From a virus (Duplodnaviria > Heunggongvirae > Uroviricota > Caudoviricetes), in the IMG/VR virus record IMGVR_UViG_3300042009_000026, positions 192,001-256,000 of that record: DNA of 64,000 bases; one strand, written 5' to 3'. A program made the position numbers and the translations under genes. The notes beneath the pieces were generated by a model that did no database searches, was not told the origin of the DNA, and saw only the letters and a list, made by a program, of their open reading frames with translations. Below, in pieces: positions 29,647-39,792 of the stretch (its first letter is position 1; every line of letters starts with the position of its first letter).

Positions 29647-30981
29647 ATGAGCGGAGCACCAGCTGCACCAAACAAAAACATGCTTTCTGGTATGGAGCCA
29701 CTTCTCACCCTTAATGGTGATGAATTTGTAGAAGTAGTTAAAAGAGCTATCGATGGTAAATATAAAAACTACCGGGTACTAGCTAGTAAACTAAGAGATG
29801 CATCCACAGCGTATGATTTCGCTGTGGAGAATGGTTTTCAGGGTACATTAGGACAATGGCTCGATTGTACTCGTGCGCTCTATACTCCTGACCCAGCTTC
29901 GAATGGTAAAGTATTCGTGGCGGATACCCAAGGTATTGGACAATGGGTCGAAGTTAATATCGGCATTGTCGAAGGGTTGCAAGAAGAACTAGATCGCGTC
30001 TTATCTCAAATCGACACATCTACGGGGGTAGCTGCAGACGCGGCTACCGCTGCAAGGTTGGCAGCAGAACAAACAGCCGCAGACGTTGTTGAATCAACAG
30101 CAGTTAAAAATACGACTGCGGACTTCGCTACTGCAGCACAAACTTCTGCTCAACAAGCAGCTAGCTCTAAAACAGCAGCCCAGGGTTCTTCATCGACTGC
30201 ACAAACAGCAGCAACTCAGGCAATTGATGCCAAAGATGCAGCTGAAACATTTGCGGCTAATGCCGAGGGTTCATTTGCAGCAGTAGTTGCGGCTAAGGAC
30301 ACTGCGGTAGGTGCAGCGACTACAGCTGTTTCTGCGAAAGATGAAGCTGTATCGATGCGTCCAGTAATTGATGAAATGACAGAAGCAGCAGAAGTAGCTT
30401 TGGCTAGTACCAATGCAGCACTTACGGAAACACGTAATGCACGTGATGCAGTAGTGGGTGCTGAAGCAGAGTTGGATTTGATGAAGTTGTCATTGGCAGC
30501 AATTACTGCTGACCCGACTAACGCTGTGGTATCATGGGAACTCGGTGCCAAAGACTTTAACTTGGTTCAAGGCGGGGCAACGTTTAAAGCTGTTGCAGCT
30601 CGACTTGCTGGTTGGAGTATGCCTGACGAAGTAGCATCTTACCTGACTACTGTTGTTTCATTGCCTAGTCATTGGGCAACCATGGACATCTATGTCAAAT
30701 GGGTAAACGAAGTGGCTAACGTAGGTAACTGTGTACTCGGTGGTGAGATCCACAAATGGAAAGTTGGAGAGACCATGAACGCTACTCCTGCGGGTGGTTC
30801 TGGTGTAATGGCGGCTAACCCGTCTCCGTATATCGTCATTGAATCTAAGGTTGCTTCTGCACTAGTGCTCGATCCGACCCGCATGACGACTATCCGTATT
30901 GCTCGTCAAGGTGCATCAGTTAACGACACATTGCTGAATGCGATGACAATCTTTTCTATCAGATTGGTTAAGACATCATGA
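29647..30981 (+). CDS. Fibre protein, MLSGME class, with Ala-rich coiled coil
   Basis: N-terminal module shared with 32407, 48597 and 49838. Confidence 0.75.
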   Translation: MSGAPAAPNKNMLSGMEPLLTLNGDEFVEVVKRAIDGKYKNYRVLASKLRDASTAYDFAVENGFQGTLGQWLDCTRALYTPDPASNGKVFVADTQGIGQWVEVNIGIVEGLQEELDRVLSQIDTSTGVAADAATAARLAAEQTAADVVESTAVKNTTADFATAAQTSAQQAASSKTAAQGSSSTAQTAATQAIDAKDAAETFAANAEGSFAAVVAAKDTAVGAATTAVSAKDEAVSMRPVIDEMTEAAEVALASTNAALTETRNARDAVVGAEAELDLMKLSLAAITADPTNAVVSWELGAKDFNLVQGGATFKAVAARLAGWSMPDEVASYLTTVVSLPSHWATMDIYVKWVNEVANVGNCVLGGEIHKWKVGETMNATPAGGSGVMAANPSPYIVIESKVASALVLDPTRMTTIRIARQGASVNDTLLNAMTIFSIRLVKTS

Positions 30982-31160
30982 ACATTACTTATGCATCAGA
31001 AGGTCCTGGGTCACTGTTTACTATCCATGGAGAAATCGATGGCTTTGAACATAGCGCTACTGTGGATGCTTCGCTGACCGAAACCATGACTCGCGAGGAA
31101 GCTACTGCACTCGGAGAGTCTTTAATCCAAGAGGCGTACCAACGCTATCTTGAGGAGTAA
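30978..31160 (+). CDS. Small hypothetical protein
   Basis: ATGA-coupled; fills the gap between two fibre genes. Confidence 0.55.
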   Translation: MNITYASEGPGSLFTIHGEIDGFEHSATVDASLTETMTREEATALGESLIQEAYQRYLEE

Positions 31161-31165
31161 CTGCG

Positions 31166-32395
31166 ATGATGATTCCCTTATGGCAGTCAGGTATTCCAGG
31201 TTCACCTGCAGTGCGGGTGATGCCACCGAATCCACTTTACGTGGATACAGTGATCGGCACCGACAAAGGTAAGGGTACATTAACTGAACCTTTACGGTCA
31301 TTGGATGACGCTCGTTTGATGTGTGCTGGGTTGCCTAATTGGGTAATTAAAATCCATGCTCCATTAGAAACACCACTCCGTCAAGAAGTGGTATATGAAT
31401 CCACTGCCGATCTAACAATTGAAGGCATTGCTGCTAATGACCAGTGGTATGTATACGGTTCAGAAGTTGTTTCTGACTGGACGCCACTGGGCGATGGGTT
31501 ATATAGCAAAGCCATGGTTGACTGGACATTAATCCTATTCGCGGTAGTCACCACGATGCAGGAACTAGTTGGCGATCGGATGTTTCAACGTAAGTTGTTG
31601 GCTAGTGATACACCAGCTACACCCAATGAAGGTGAGTTTGGTTACACCGGCGGTACGATGTATATCAAGCTAGTAGGTGGAGTTGATCCAAACCTACATG
31701 TGATCGAAGTAGCCAAACGTAACACTGGGCTAGGTACACGGGGTCATGGGTTACTCAAGATCCGAAATATGTACGGGCGTTATTTCCTCAGTGCAGGCAT
31801 TAAGAATGGCCTGGCCTTTAACCCACTGGGTACTGGGAATCTAATTGCTGAAGATTGCGTCATTGAATACACCGCAGGTAGCGGTTTCGCTGCCGTTGGA
31901 CAAACCGAACTAACGACATGTATCCGTTCCAAGGCATATCGATGTGCAAACGACGGGTTTAACCTACATGGTCTGTCTGGTGCTTCATTGATGTTGTTGT
32001 ACGATTGTGATGGTAGCTATAACGGTGATAAAGCCGGGCAATCCGCACAGGGTGCATCTAACCATGAAGCAACTACGATGATCATCTACGGTGGACGCTA
32101 TGACTACAACGTCAGTGGTGGTATGGTTGTAATCAATACAGCCCGATGTGATATTCATGGGGATACCGAATGGGGACCTGTATACATGCGCTGGAACATG
32201 CGCTTAGGTAATACTCTTGGTGTTATCTCTAACCATGGCGGTATTGCCTGGATGGATGAATCAGTCGGGACCGTGACGGGTAATGTCAACGTTCTCGATG
32301 GTCAAGGTGTCGGTATTCGTCGTTGGCCGACCGCTACTGTTATCGGTCTAGAGAACATCACTTCTAGTGGCAACGCTTTGCCGGATGCAATTTAA
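31166..32395 (+). CDS. Parallel beta-helix protein (putative depolymerase)
   Basis: LYVD..IG.D...GT...PLRSL cap; N/G/D ladder repeats (DGFNLHG, GASNHE). Confidence 0.65.
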   Translation: MMIPLWQSGIPGSPAVRVMPPNPLYVDTVIGTDKGKGTLTEPLRSLDDARLMCAGLPNWVIKIHAPLETPLRQEVVYESTADLTIEGIAANDQWYVYGSEVVSDWTPLGDGLYSKAMVDWTLILFAVVTTMQELVGDRMFQRKLLASDTPATPNEGEFGYTGGTMYIKLVGGVDPNLHVIEVAKRNTGLGTRGHGLLKIRNMYGRYFLSAGIKNGLAFNPLGTGNLIAEDCVIEYTAGSGFAAVGQTELTTCIRSKAYRCANDGFNLHGLSGASLMLLYDCDGSYNGDKAGQSAQGASNHEATTMIIYGGRYDYNVSGGMVVINTARCDIHGDTEWGPVYMRWNMRLGNTLGVISNHGGIAWMDESVGTVTGNVNVLDGQGVGIRRWPTATVIGLENITSSGNALPDAI

Positions 32396-32406
32396 AGGAT
32401 TTCGCT

Positions 32407-35400
32407 ATGAGCGCTAATGATGTAGCACCAAACAAAAACATGCTTTCTGGTATGGAATCATTGCTCACAGTGAGCGGTGATGAATTCGCAGAAGTGATTA
32501 AACTAACCCCTGAAGGTACATATAAGAACTACCGTGTATTGGTAAGCAAGCTAAGAGCTGTATCCAACGCATATGAGTTCGCTGTACAGAATGGGTTTCA
32601 AGGTACACTAACCCAATGGCTGAATTGCACAGAGGCGTTATATACTCTTGATGCATCCGTGCGCGGCATGGTGTTCGTGGCTGATGATAACGGCATTGGC
32701 CAATGGACAGAAGTAGGCATTGGTATTATTGATGGACTGCAAGAAGAACTGGATGATGTTTTACGTCGTACCAGTGCTTCTGCTGCTGCTGCCTCGGCTT
32801 CAGCCGCTGCGGCTCAACAAGCATTAGTACAAGCTACAGGTGCAGCTACCTCGGCCACAGCCGCTAAGCTCGCGGCGATTAATGCTTCTGGTGCTGCAAG
32901 TGGTTACGCTTCTCAGGCAGCCGCTGCTGCGGTTGAAACTGAAGCCGACCGAGTTGTTGTAGTTACTACTCGCGATGAAGTTGCTGTAATTGCAGCATCT
33001 ATAGAAGAAGCGAAAACTGAAGTTGATGCAGATAAAGATGCAGCTGCACTCAGTGCTTCTGCTGCTTTGCTTTCTGAACAACATGCAGCTACTAGTGCAA
33101 CTACAGCTACAACAGCGGCTACGCTGGCTGGCGCTGCTCGTGATACCGCTGTAACATTAGCTGCTGAAATTGAAGCCTCTGTTGATCTGGCCATCGATGC
33201 TAAGAATACCGCAGTCACTTCTGCCGCCGCTGCGCAAACTGCTGCTCTAGAAGCAGCTGCAGCTCGTGATGCTGCAGAAGCAGTTGTTGTTGATGTCACA
33301 GATGCAGTAGCAGAAGTCCAAGGTTACGTTACCGAAGCTGAAGCCGCACGTGATGCAGCACAAGCAACCGTCGCAGTAGTAGTTACTGCCAAAGATCAAG
33401 CTGTAGCCGCTGCAACAGCAGCAGAGACAGCTAAAGATAATACGGTGGTATTAGTTTCATCCGCACAGGTTGCAGCAACCACAGCAGAGTCGGCTAAAAA
33501 TGCAGCAGAAGCCTCTGCATTGCAATCCACCACAGCACGTGATTCTGCCGAAGGCTTTGCAGTTGATGCACTGGCCGCAGTAGGAGAAACACAAAACTTA
33601 GTACTGTTGGCGGATGCAGCAAAAGATGCTGCCGAATTGTCTGCTGCACAAGCTACCACAGCGAAAGAAGCTACTGACGTTGCAGTTATTGCTGCACAGG
33701 GTTCAGCCACGCAGGCCACTACTGCCCGTGATGCGTCAGAAGCATTTGCTGCTAATGCATTGTCTGCAGTGGATGAAGCTCAGGCCCGTGTACTGGAAGC
33801 GCAATTGGCGGCAAGTGAAGCCAAGGCTACTGAAATCCAAGTCACCGAGCTGTCCGAAACAACGGCTGGTTACCGGGATCAATCACTGGCTGCACGTGAT
33901 GATGCTGAAGCTAATTCGATTACTGCATTGGCTGCGGCAGCAGATGCTCAAGCCAGTAAGCTGTTGGCGCAAGCCGCTGTACCAGCTGCAGCAGATGCTG
34001 CACAAGCAGAAGTCGATGCTTTCAAGCAATTACTTGTTGCTACAGGTGTAACACCTGGTGCCACAGTAGTCACTACCATCCAAGGTGGCGATAACGCAGT
34101 GTCTCGGTCTATCCAGGACAAGTTGCTGGAACAAGCTATTTCTGTTGCTGACTTCAAGCTATCGGCTGAAGGGTCCAATATTCGTCCTGCATTAGTCCGT
34201 GCTATTAAAGCAATAAAAGAAAACAAGACTAAGTCGCGTGTATTGTTGATTCCATACACAGTCGGCGAATGGACAGTAGATAGTCAAGTGTTGTTCGACA
34301 TCTCCGATTTCACATTGCTGCTCTATGGTAATGTGCGGTTGACGGCAACGACCCGTCAGAAGACTTTCTTGTTCTCTTCGGATATTATCAATGTACCGGC
34401 AGCAGCCTTGAAGAACGTTGCAGTATTTGGTAACGGCTCTTACGTCAATGGTAATGCCGATCAGATGACGTTTACTTACGCGCATGGCGATGGTTCAGAC
34501 AACGACAGTGCTGTACGCTTTAGTTACATTGACAACCTGCGTGTGTACAACGTGTGGGCAGACAATGGTCCTATTGATTCGTTCTCTACTATGCGGTGCC
34601 GTAACCAGCTCATCGATGGTTGCAAGTTCACCCGGTCTAAAGAAGACAATGGTTTCTCAGCTACTACGGATTGGGGACCAGTGTGGGAATACGGCAACTT
34701 TGATACTTACAGCTACGGCGTAGTATCTAACTGCGTAGCCGAAGACAACCAAGACTTCGGGATGACCGCCTATAATGCTTCGGGTGTCTATTTCTTGAAC
34801 AACCGTAGCCAACGTAACCGTGCTGGGTACAGCTATGAAGATAGCTATGGTGCTCCGGACACCAAGAAATACGATGGTGGCTTCTTTGGCTGCTGGGCAT
34901 GGAACTGTAAAGAGCAGGGGTTCTATATTGACGCAGATGGCATCACAATTGATCCTAACTGTAAGTCATGGAACATTCGCTATATCGGTAGCAACCCTAA
35001 CGGTCTGTTTGGTAACGGCGTAGTTATTGCTAACGTTGCTTCAGCACGAGTAGAAGGTGAACACACTGCTTGCGGTCATGCTGGCTTGGCTATCTTCAAC
35101 GGCACCGGTAATTTGATCCGTGTACATGCCAAAGGTAAGTTCAATGACAACGATGCCTCAGGTATTTTTGGTCGAGGTGTTAGTTTCCTACACATTGAAC
35201 CAGGTACCGAAGTTCGTAGCAATGGTAAAGTTCAGGTGAACGCCCAGTATAACTACGGGGTGAACATCAGCAACTCTGGTGGTGCGAACTATCTGCAAGG
35301 GGCAGGTTTAGTCAAAGTAGATGGTGCGATCATTAGCGGTAATGGCTTAGGTGCTGTCGATATCAACTACGTGAATCTCGTAGACATTCACAATGTGATT

Positions 35401-35886
35401 GGCGTCGATAACGGACAATCCGGTTCTAGCTTAGCTATTCGGGTACAAAATGCCACAACAGCACGTGTATTCGATAACCACATGGAGAGCATAACAGGTA
35501 ACCAGACATTCGTAGTTGATATTGAAGCTACGGTACAGAATGGTTACGAGGGTGGTAACACAGGTACCGGTACTACTGGTCTTGTAGTTAACAATGCCAC
35601 AGTTAAGCGGCAATCCATGCGAGCACAGTACTACGGTAGTTTCACCTACGATGCACCGAGTATTGCAGCTGGTAGTCAGGTAGCTCCGTCCTTCTCTGTC
35701 CTGGGAGCAGAAGTTGGAGACTTTGTGCAGGTGTCCTTCTCTACGGATATTGGCTTGATTTCGGTCAACGCCTTCGTGGTTACAACTGGTAACGTCCTGG
35801 TGTATTTGCGTAACAACACTGCATCGGCGATTGATCTTCCTTCCATGTCTGTACGAGTGCTGGTAACTAAGCGCAACGGCGGTTAA
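32407..35886 (+). CDS. Long tailspike/fibre: MLSGME module, Ala-rich coiled coil, beta-helix
   Basis: 1159 aa; long A/T/E-rich stalk followed by pectin-lyase-like repeats. Confidence 0.8.
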   Translation: MSANDVAPNKNMLSGMESLLTVSGDEFAEVIKLTPEGTYKNYRVLVSKLRAVSNAYEFAVQNGFQGTLTQWLNCTEALYTLDASVRGMVFVADDNGIGQWTEVGIGIIDGLQEELDDVLRRTSASAAAASASAAAAQQALVQATGAATSATAAKLAAINASGAASGYASQAAAAAVETEADRVVVVTTRDEVAVIAASIEEAKTEVDADKDAAALSASAALLSEQHAATSATTATTAATLAGAARDTAVTLAAEIEASVDLAIDAKNTAVTSAAAAQTAALEAAAARDAAEAVVVDVTDAVAEVQGYVTEAEAARDAAQATVAVVVTAKDQAVAAATAAETAKDNTVVLVSSAQVAATTAESAKNAAEASALQSTTARDSAEGFAVDALAAVGETQNLVLLADAAKDAAELSAAQATTAKEATDVAVIAAQGSATQATTARDASEAFAANALSAVDEAQARVLEAQLAASEAKATEIQVTELSETTAGYRDQSLAARDDAEANSITALAAAADAQASKLLAQAAVPAAADAAQAEVDAFKQLLVATGVTPGATVVTTIQGGDNAVSRSIQDKLLEQAISVADFKLSAEGSNIRPALVRAIKAIKENKTKSRVLLIPYTVGEWTVDSQVLFDISDFTLLLYGNVRLTATTRQKTFLFSSDIINVPAAALKNVAVFGNGSYVNGNADQMTFTYAHGDGSDNDSAVRFSYIDNLRVYNVWADNGPIDSFSTMRCRNQLIDGCKFTRSKEDNGFSATTDWGPVWEYGNFDTYSYGVVSNCVAEDNQDFGMTAYNASGVYFLNNRSQRNRAGYSYEDSYGAPDTKKYDGGFFGCWAWNCKEQGFYIDADGITIDPNCKSWNIRYIGSNPNGLFGNGVVIANVASARVEGEHTACGHAGLAIFNGTGNLIRVHAKGKFNDNDASGIFGRGVSFLHIEPGTEVRSNGKVQVNAQYNYGVNISNSGGANYLQGAGLVKVDGAIISGNGLGAVDINYVNLVDIHNVIGVDNGQSGSSLAIRVQNATTARVFDNHMESITGNQTFVVDIEATVQNGYEGGNTGTGTTGLVVNNATVKRQSMRAQYYGSFTYDAPSIAAGSQVAPSFSVLGAEVGDFVQVSFSTDIGLISVNAFVVTTGNVLVYLRNNTASAIDLPSMSVRVLVTKRNGG

Positions 35887-35934
35887 CACAATACAGGGTC
35901 ACCTAGTGGCCCCTTTATTTGACAAGGAAAATTT

Positions 35935-37806
35935 ATGTCATACGAATCTCTTGCTACTGCGGTAGACTTGCTGACTGTTAGTAATAATGAATTAACAGCT
36001 GCAGCTGAGGCAGTGCGCACTGTCGCGGAGAATGCCCGCGATGCAGCGGAAGCGTTCGCGATTAACACCTTGGCTACTGGCACTGAAGTAGATGCCAGTC
36101 GCATCGCGGCAGAACAAGCTGTATTGGCCGCTGGTTCTGCTGGTGCTACAGCTGGCAGTGCTGCTGCTCAAGTCCAAGTCGATGTACTTACAACTTCGAT
36201 GGCCAGCTATACAGATTCTGCCAAAGGGGCTGGTACTCTTGGTTTCGGAATGGCCGTGCCTTATGCACCGAATACACTGGGCGCTCGCGTACGTAACTAT
36301 ACCAAAGGATTTTATACTCCATATGACCATGGTGCTGTGGGCGACGGTATAGCAAACGATACAGCAGCAGTGCAGGCGTGTATTAATGCCATGCCAGTAG
36401 ATAGTGTTCTATGGATACCTGGTGATGCTACCTTTAATATCCCTGGTGGCGTGACGCTCTCCATTCAGGATACACAGATCACTGGTGGTGGTACCTTTAA
36501 GAACGGCCCTTTGATCCTTAACAAAGCAGCCGTGACTGGCGAAATTCGATGCGATATAAACCACATCAAGTTTGTTGGCACAGCATATGCAACCAACGGA
36601 ATCGAGCTTATTGCTGGACGCCGTGTAACCATTACGAATTGTATTTTTGATGCTTTGAATATTGGTGTTCTACGTCGCAGTGACGCTGGTCAAATTTTTC
36701 ACAACGTGGCTATGGTTCGTATCACCAATAACGATTTCAATACCGTTAACTACGCATTGAAAGTAGAACACAACGCTGATGCTAACTCATGGCAATATAC
36801 GAGTGACTGCGCTTTTGACAATAACCAGGTAAACATTGCCAGGGTATGTCAGATTGACATTGCTGGTATTGATGGTGCACACATCACAGGTAATGTGATG
36901 TTCATGGTTGGGTACACGTCAACTGATACAGCCTTAAAAGCTGCGAAAACGCACAATATCAAAATTGGCCAATCGGACTGGATCACCCTAGCTAATAACA
37001 ACTTGTTCGAAGCTGGACTTGAATCAATTCTGCTGGACAAAGCCAAGCACTTTAATATCTCTAACAACCATATTGCCTGGCCTGGCCAACGACAGCCGTG
37101 TGATGCTATTCGGCTAACTGGTACAAGCGAACCTAATGGAGTCATTACTGGTAACACTCTGTCACGATTTACTCGTCACGGTATTGCGGTAGAGGCTAAC
37201 TTAGATAACGCTACCATTACCAATATTAACGTGTTTGGTAATACCATCGAATACATGCTCAATCCACCGTCATATTACGGTACGGATGACATGTCATTGA
37301 TTTCTCATTATTCGATATATCAGCCGAGCAACTCACCGACCTTAGTTTCCAACTATCTCAACGTAGTAACCGGTGGTATTTTCCCGTCCATTCGCTCACG
37401 CTTGGCTGAAGGTATTCGTCTTGGTAGTAAGAGCGCAATTGCCGGTACAGCAGCCATTACCAAAACGGTGACTGCTGCGGAAGGCTTAGCTACATTGACT
37501 TCAGAGTTATCTTCGGCAGTGAGTACTAGCTACGCTGGACTCCTGCAGATTGAAGCGCGAAATTCGCCTGGTACACTTGGGTCCAACTTAGCCAGTTATT
37601 TCCTGCATATCACTAAACAACCAGGTGGTTCTGGCGTTGTGTCGGTAATTTCGCAACAAGGCCTTACTGCTGGTGCTGGTGCTAACCACCCCTCCTTCAC
37701 TTTTACAGTTGTTGGCGATGTGTTGACAGTTACACCTGTTGCCTCTACTACTGGGGCATTCGTGTTTTGGATTACGGCTATCGGCGGAATTGGTGTATAC
37801 ACGTAA
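35935..37806 (+). CDS. Tailspike/depolymerase, MSYE class
   Basis: YDHGAVGDGIANDTAAVQACIN pectate-lyase-3-type cap and Asn ladder repeats. Confidence 0.8.
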   Translation: MSYESLATAVDLLTVSNNELTAAAEAVRTVAENARDAAEAFAINTLATGTEVDASRIAAEQAVLAAGSAGATAGSAAAQVQVDVLTTSMASYTDSAKGAGTLGFGMAVPYAPNTLGARVRNYTKGFYTPYDHGAVGDGIANDTAAVQACINAMPVDSVLWIPGDATFNIPGGVTLSIQDTQITGGGTFKNGPLILNKAAVTGEIRCDINHIKFVGTAYATNGIELIAGRRVTITNCIFDALNIGVLRRSDAGQIFHNVAMVRITNNDFNTVNYALKVEHNADANSWQYTSDCAFDNNQVNIARVCQIDIAGIDGAHITGNVMFMVGYTSTDTALKAAKTHNIKIGQSDWITLANNNLFEAGLESILLDKAKHFNISNNHIAWPGQRQPCDAIRLTGTSEPNGVITGNTLSRFTRHGIAVEANLDNATITNINVFGNTIEYMLNPPSYYGTDDMSLISHYSIYQPSNSPTLVSNYLNVVTGGIFPSIRSRLAEGIRLGSKSAIAGTAAITKTVTAAEGLATLTSELSSAVSTSYAGLLQIEARNSPGTLGSNLASYFLHITKQPGGSGVVSVISQQGLTAGAGANHPSFTFTVVGDVLTVTPVASTTGAFVFWITAIGGIGVYT

Positions 37807-37860
37807 TTCGAGAAGCCTTTAAGGTTCTAACTTAACACTGTTTAACATTAGGAGATGTAC

Positions 37861-39726
37861 ATGTCTTATGAACAACTAGCGGAAGCTGTTGATGCCTTGT
37901 CGGCAGCTAATGCCGTCTTGCGCCAATCGGCAGTCACGGCAATTGCAGACAGCAACACAGCTAAAGAAGCGGCACAACAAGCAGTGCTAGAGGCGGAAGC
38001 TGTTGTTGCAGCGGGTATCAGCGGATTAGCCGATCCAGATGGATCAGAGAAACTGGGCTTTCAGCGCAGTGACCTAGCCGAAACCATCACCAACGTTAAT
38101 CTCATGTTGTCCGGTCTCACCGTGAACATCTGGGAGTACGCAGACCGCATCACCAACAAACCGGGGATATCGCCCAGCACTTGGGATTGGACACCCGCTC
38201 GAAACGCGGCCACTGCCTACGTAAAATCTAAGGGTGGTGGTTGGGTAAAATACCCGGCTGGCACGTATCCACACACTGTGTTCACTAAGTTGCACTCGGT
38301 GAGCGATCTTGGTGATGGGTCAAGCTGCACATACATCACAGCATTACCACGGACTTCTACGGTGCCGTATGGCATGGTGGAGATCGAACGCGGGGCGGTA
38401 TCGTCTTCCCACATCGTGGGCATTCACTTCCAAGGTAGTGTTATCCCAGGCCATGGTCAACCGACACTCAACCCCGACCAATGGGGACTGTACGCCAAAG
38501 CTCAATGGGACGAAGCGTACTTCCATGGCGGTTGGTGGTTCTCGGAATGTCGCGATGTACGGTTCTCCAACTTTAATAAGGGTGGTTGGACTCGTGGGGG
38601 CTACACCAACAATAACTACAAACGCCCTATCCAGTTCCTGACGTTTGACAAGGTGTTCTTCCAAGTCCCTGCGGGTGGCGAAGCCTTGCGTATGACTGGG
38701 CAACATGGACAGATCGATTTCCGGGGCGGTAGTGCTGAAGGACGGGATGGTGTGACGGCCTGGCGATGCATTACGTTGGATTGGGACCCAGATCCAGCTA
38801 CCATGGCTGATCCGGCCAGCGGTCAAGGCGAAGACCCGACCCATATTCCCGGGCAGGCTACGGCGGTGTTGGCTCCGATCAACGTGACGTTCGGCAGTCA
38901 ATTTTCCATGCAGAAGTCCCAGTATGGGATGTACGCACGGAACGTTCGGTCCATCTTCGCTCAAGAATGTTGGTTTGAAGGTATCGGGAAACTATTTACT
39001 CTGGCGGCCAATGCTCAGGTACATGTATCGAAGAACCACTTGGCTAACGCAGCGGATGGGACCAGATTCTTACCGGAAGTTACTAGTGGCTATATTTACA
39101 GCCTCAGTGGTAACGCTTATTTGTCATTCAGTCATGATAATGAATATCAGGGTATCGTGGATAACTACCTCGATCCTGATGTTGACTTTAATGCCATCAA
39201 TGGCTTGAACGTAAAAGGTATGCCATCGGGTAATACACTCGGTAAGTTCAAAGCTTATTCAAACAAAACTTTGCTCTGCGATGGTACAACGCTGGATATC
39301 AAAGCACACAAGTATGCGGTTATTAACCCAGGTGCAGATCCTACGGTCAAGTTAGCCAACCTAACCGCTACAGCCGCTCCTGGTGAAACAGTAATGCTTC
39401 GACCACTCAATGGTACGCTTACGTTAACCAACACCGGAAATATTTCTTTGAACGGTTTGGGTAATTTAACGGTCCCACAATTTGGTGTAGTTACATTGCT
39501 ACGGTTGTTTCAGATTGGTGCATCACCTGCCGAGTGGGTAGTTGTTAGTGCCTCCGATAACTACTCTACGGTGAAACCTGTTAATGGGTTCTACTACTGT
39601 TTGGGTACACGTGTCTGGCAACCTGGCGCAGCGCCTAACACCCCAATGGGTTGGGTATGTACCCAGGCTGGATTGGCTGGCACTACTGCTATCTTCAGAG
39701 ACATGCCAAACGTAGGGACTACTTAA
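37861..39726 (+). CDS. Tailspike/depolymerase, MSYE class
   Basis: MSYEQLAEAV N-terminus, WDWTPA cap, beta-helix, C-terminal GWVC..AG motif. Confidence 0.8.
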   Translation: MSYEQLAEAVDALSAANAVLRQSAVTAIADSNTAKEAAQQAVLEAEAVVAAGISGLADPDGSEKLGFQRSDLAETITNVNLMLSGLTVNIWEYADRITNKPGISPSTWDWTPARNAATAYVKSKGGGWVKYPAGTYPHTVFTKLHSVSDLGDGSSCTYITALPRTSTVPYGMVEIERGAVSSSHIVGIHFQGSVIPGHGQPTLNPDQWGLYAKAQWDEAYFHGGWWFSECRDVRFSNFNKGGWTRGGYTNNNYKRPIQFLTFDKVFFQVPAGGEALRMTGQHGQIDFRGGSAEGRDGVTAWRCITLDWDPDPATMADPASGQGEDPTHIPGQATAVLAPINVTFGSQFSMQKSQYGMYARNVRSIFAQECWFEGIGKLFTLAANAQVHVSKNHLANAADGTRFLPEVTSGYIYSLSGNAYLSFSHDNEYQGIVDNYLDPDVDFNAINGLNVKGMPSGNTLGKFKAYSNKTLLCDGTTLDIKAHKYAVINPGADPTVKLANLTATAAPGETVMLRPLNGTLTLTNTGNISLNGLGNLTVPQFGVVTLLRLFQIGASPAEWVVVSASDNYSTVKPVNGFYYCLGTRVWQPGAAPNTPMGWVCTQAGLAGTTAIFRDMPNVGTT

Positions 39727-39792
39727 CATACGGGTGGTCTAAGTTAATAAGTCTCTTAGACCACTTAACCAACTAAAAACATCGGAGGTTTC

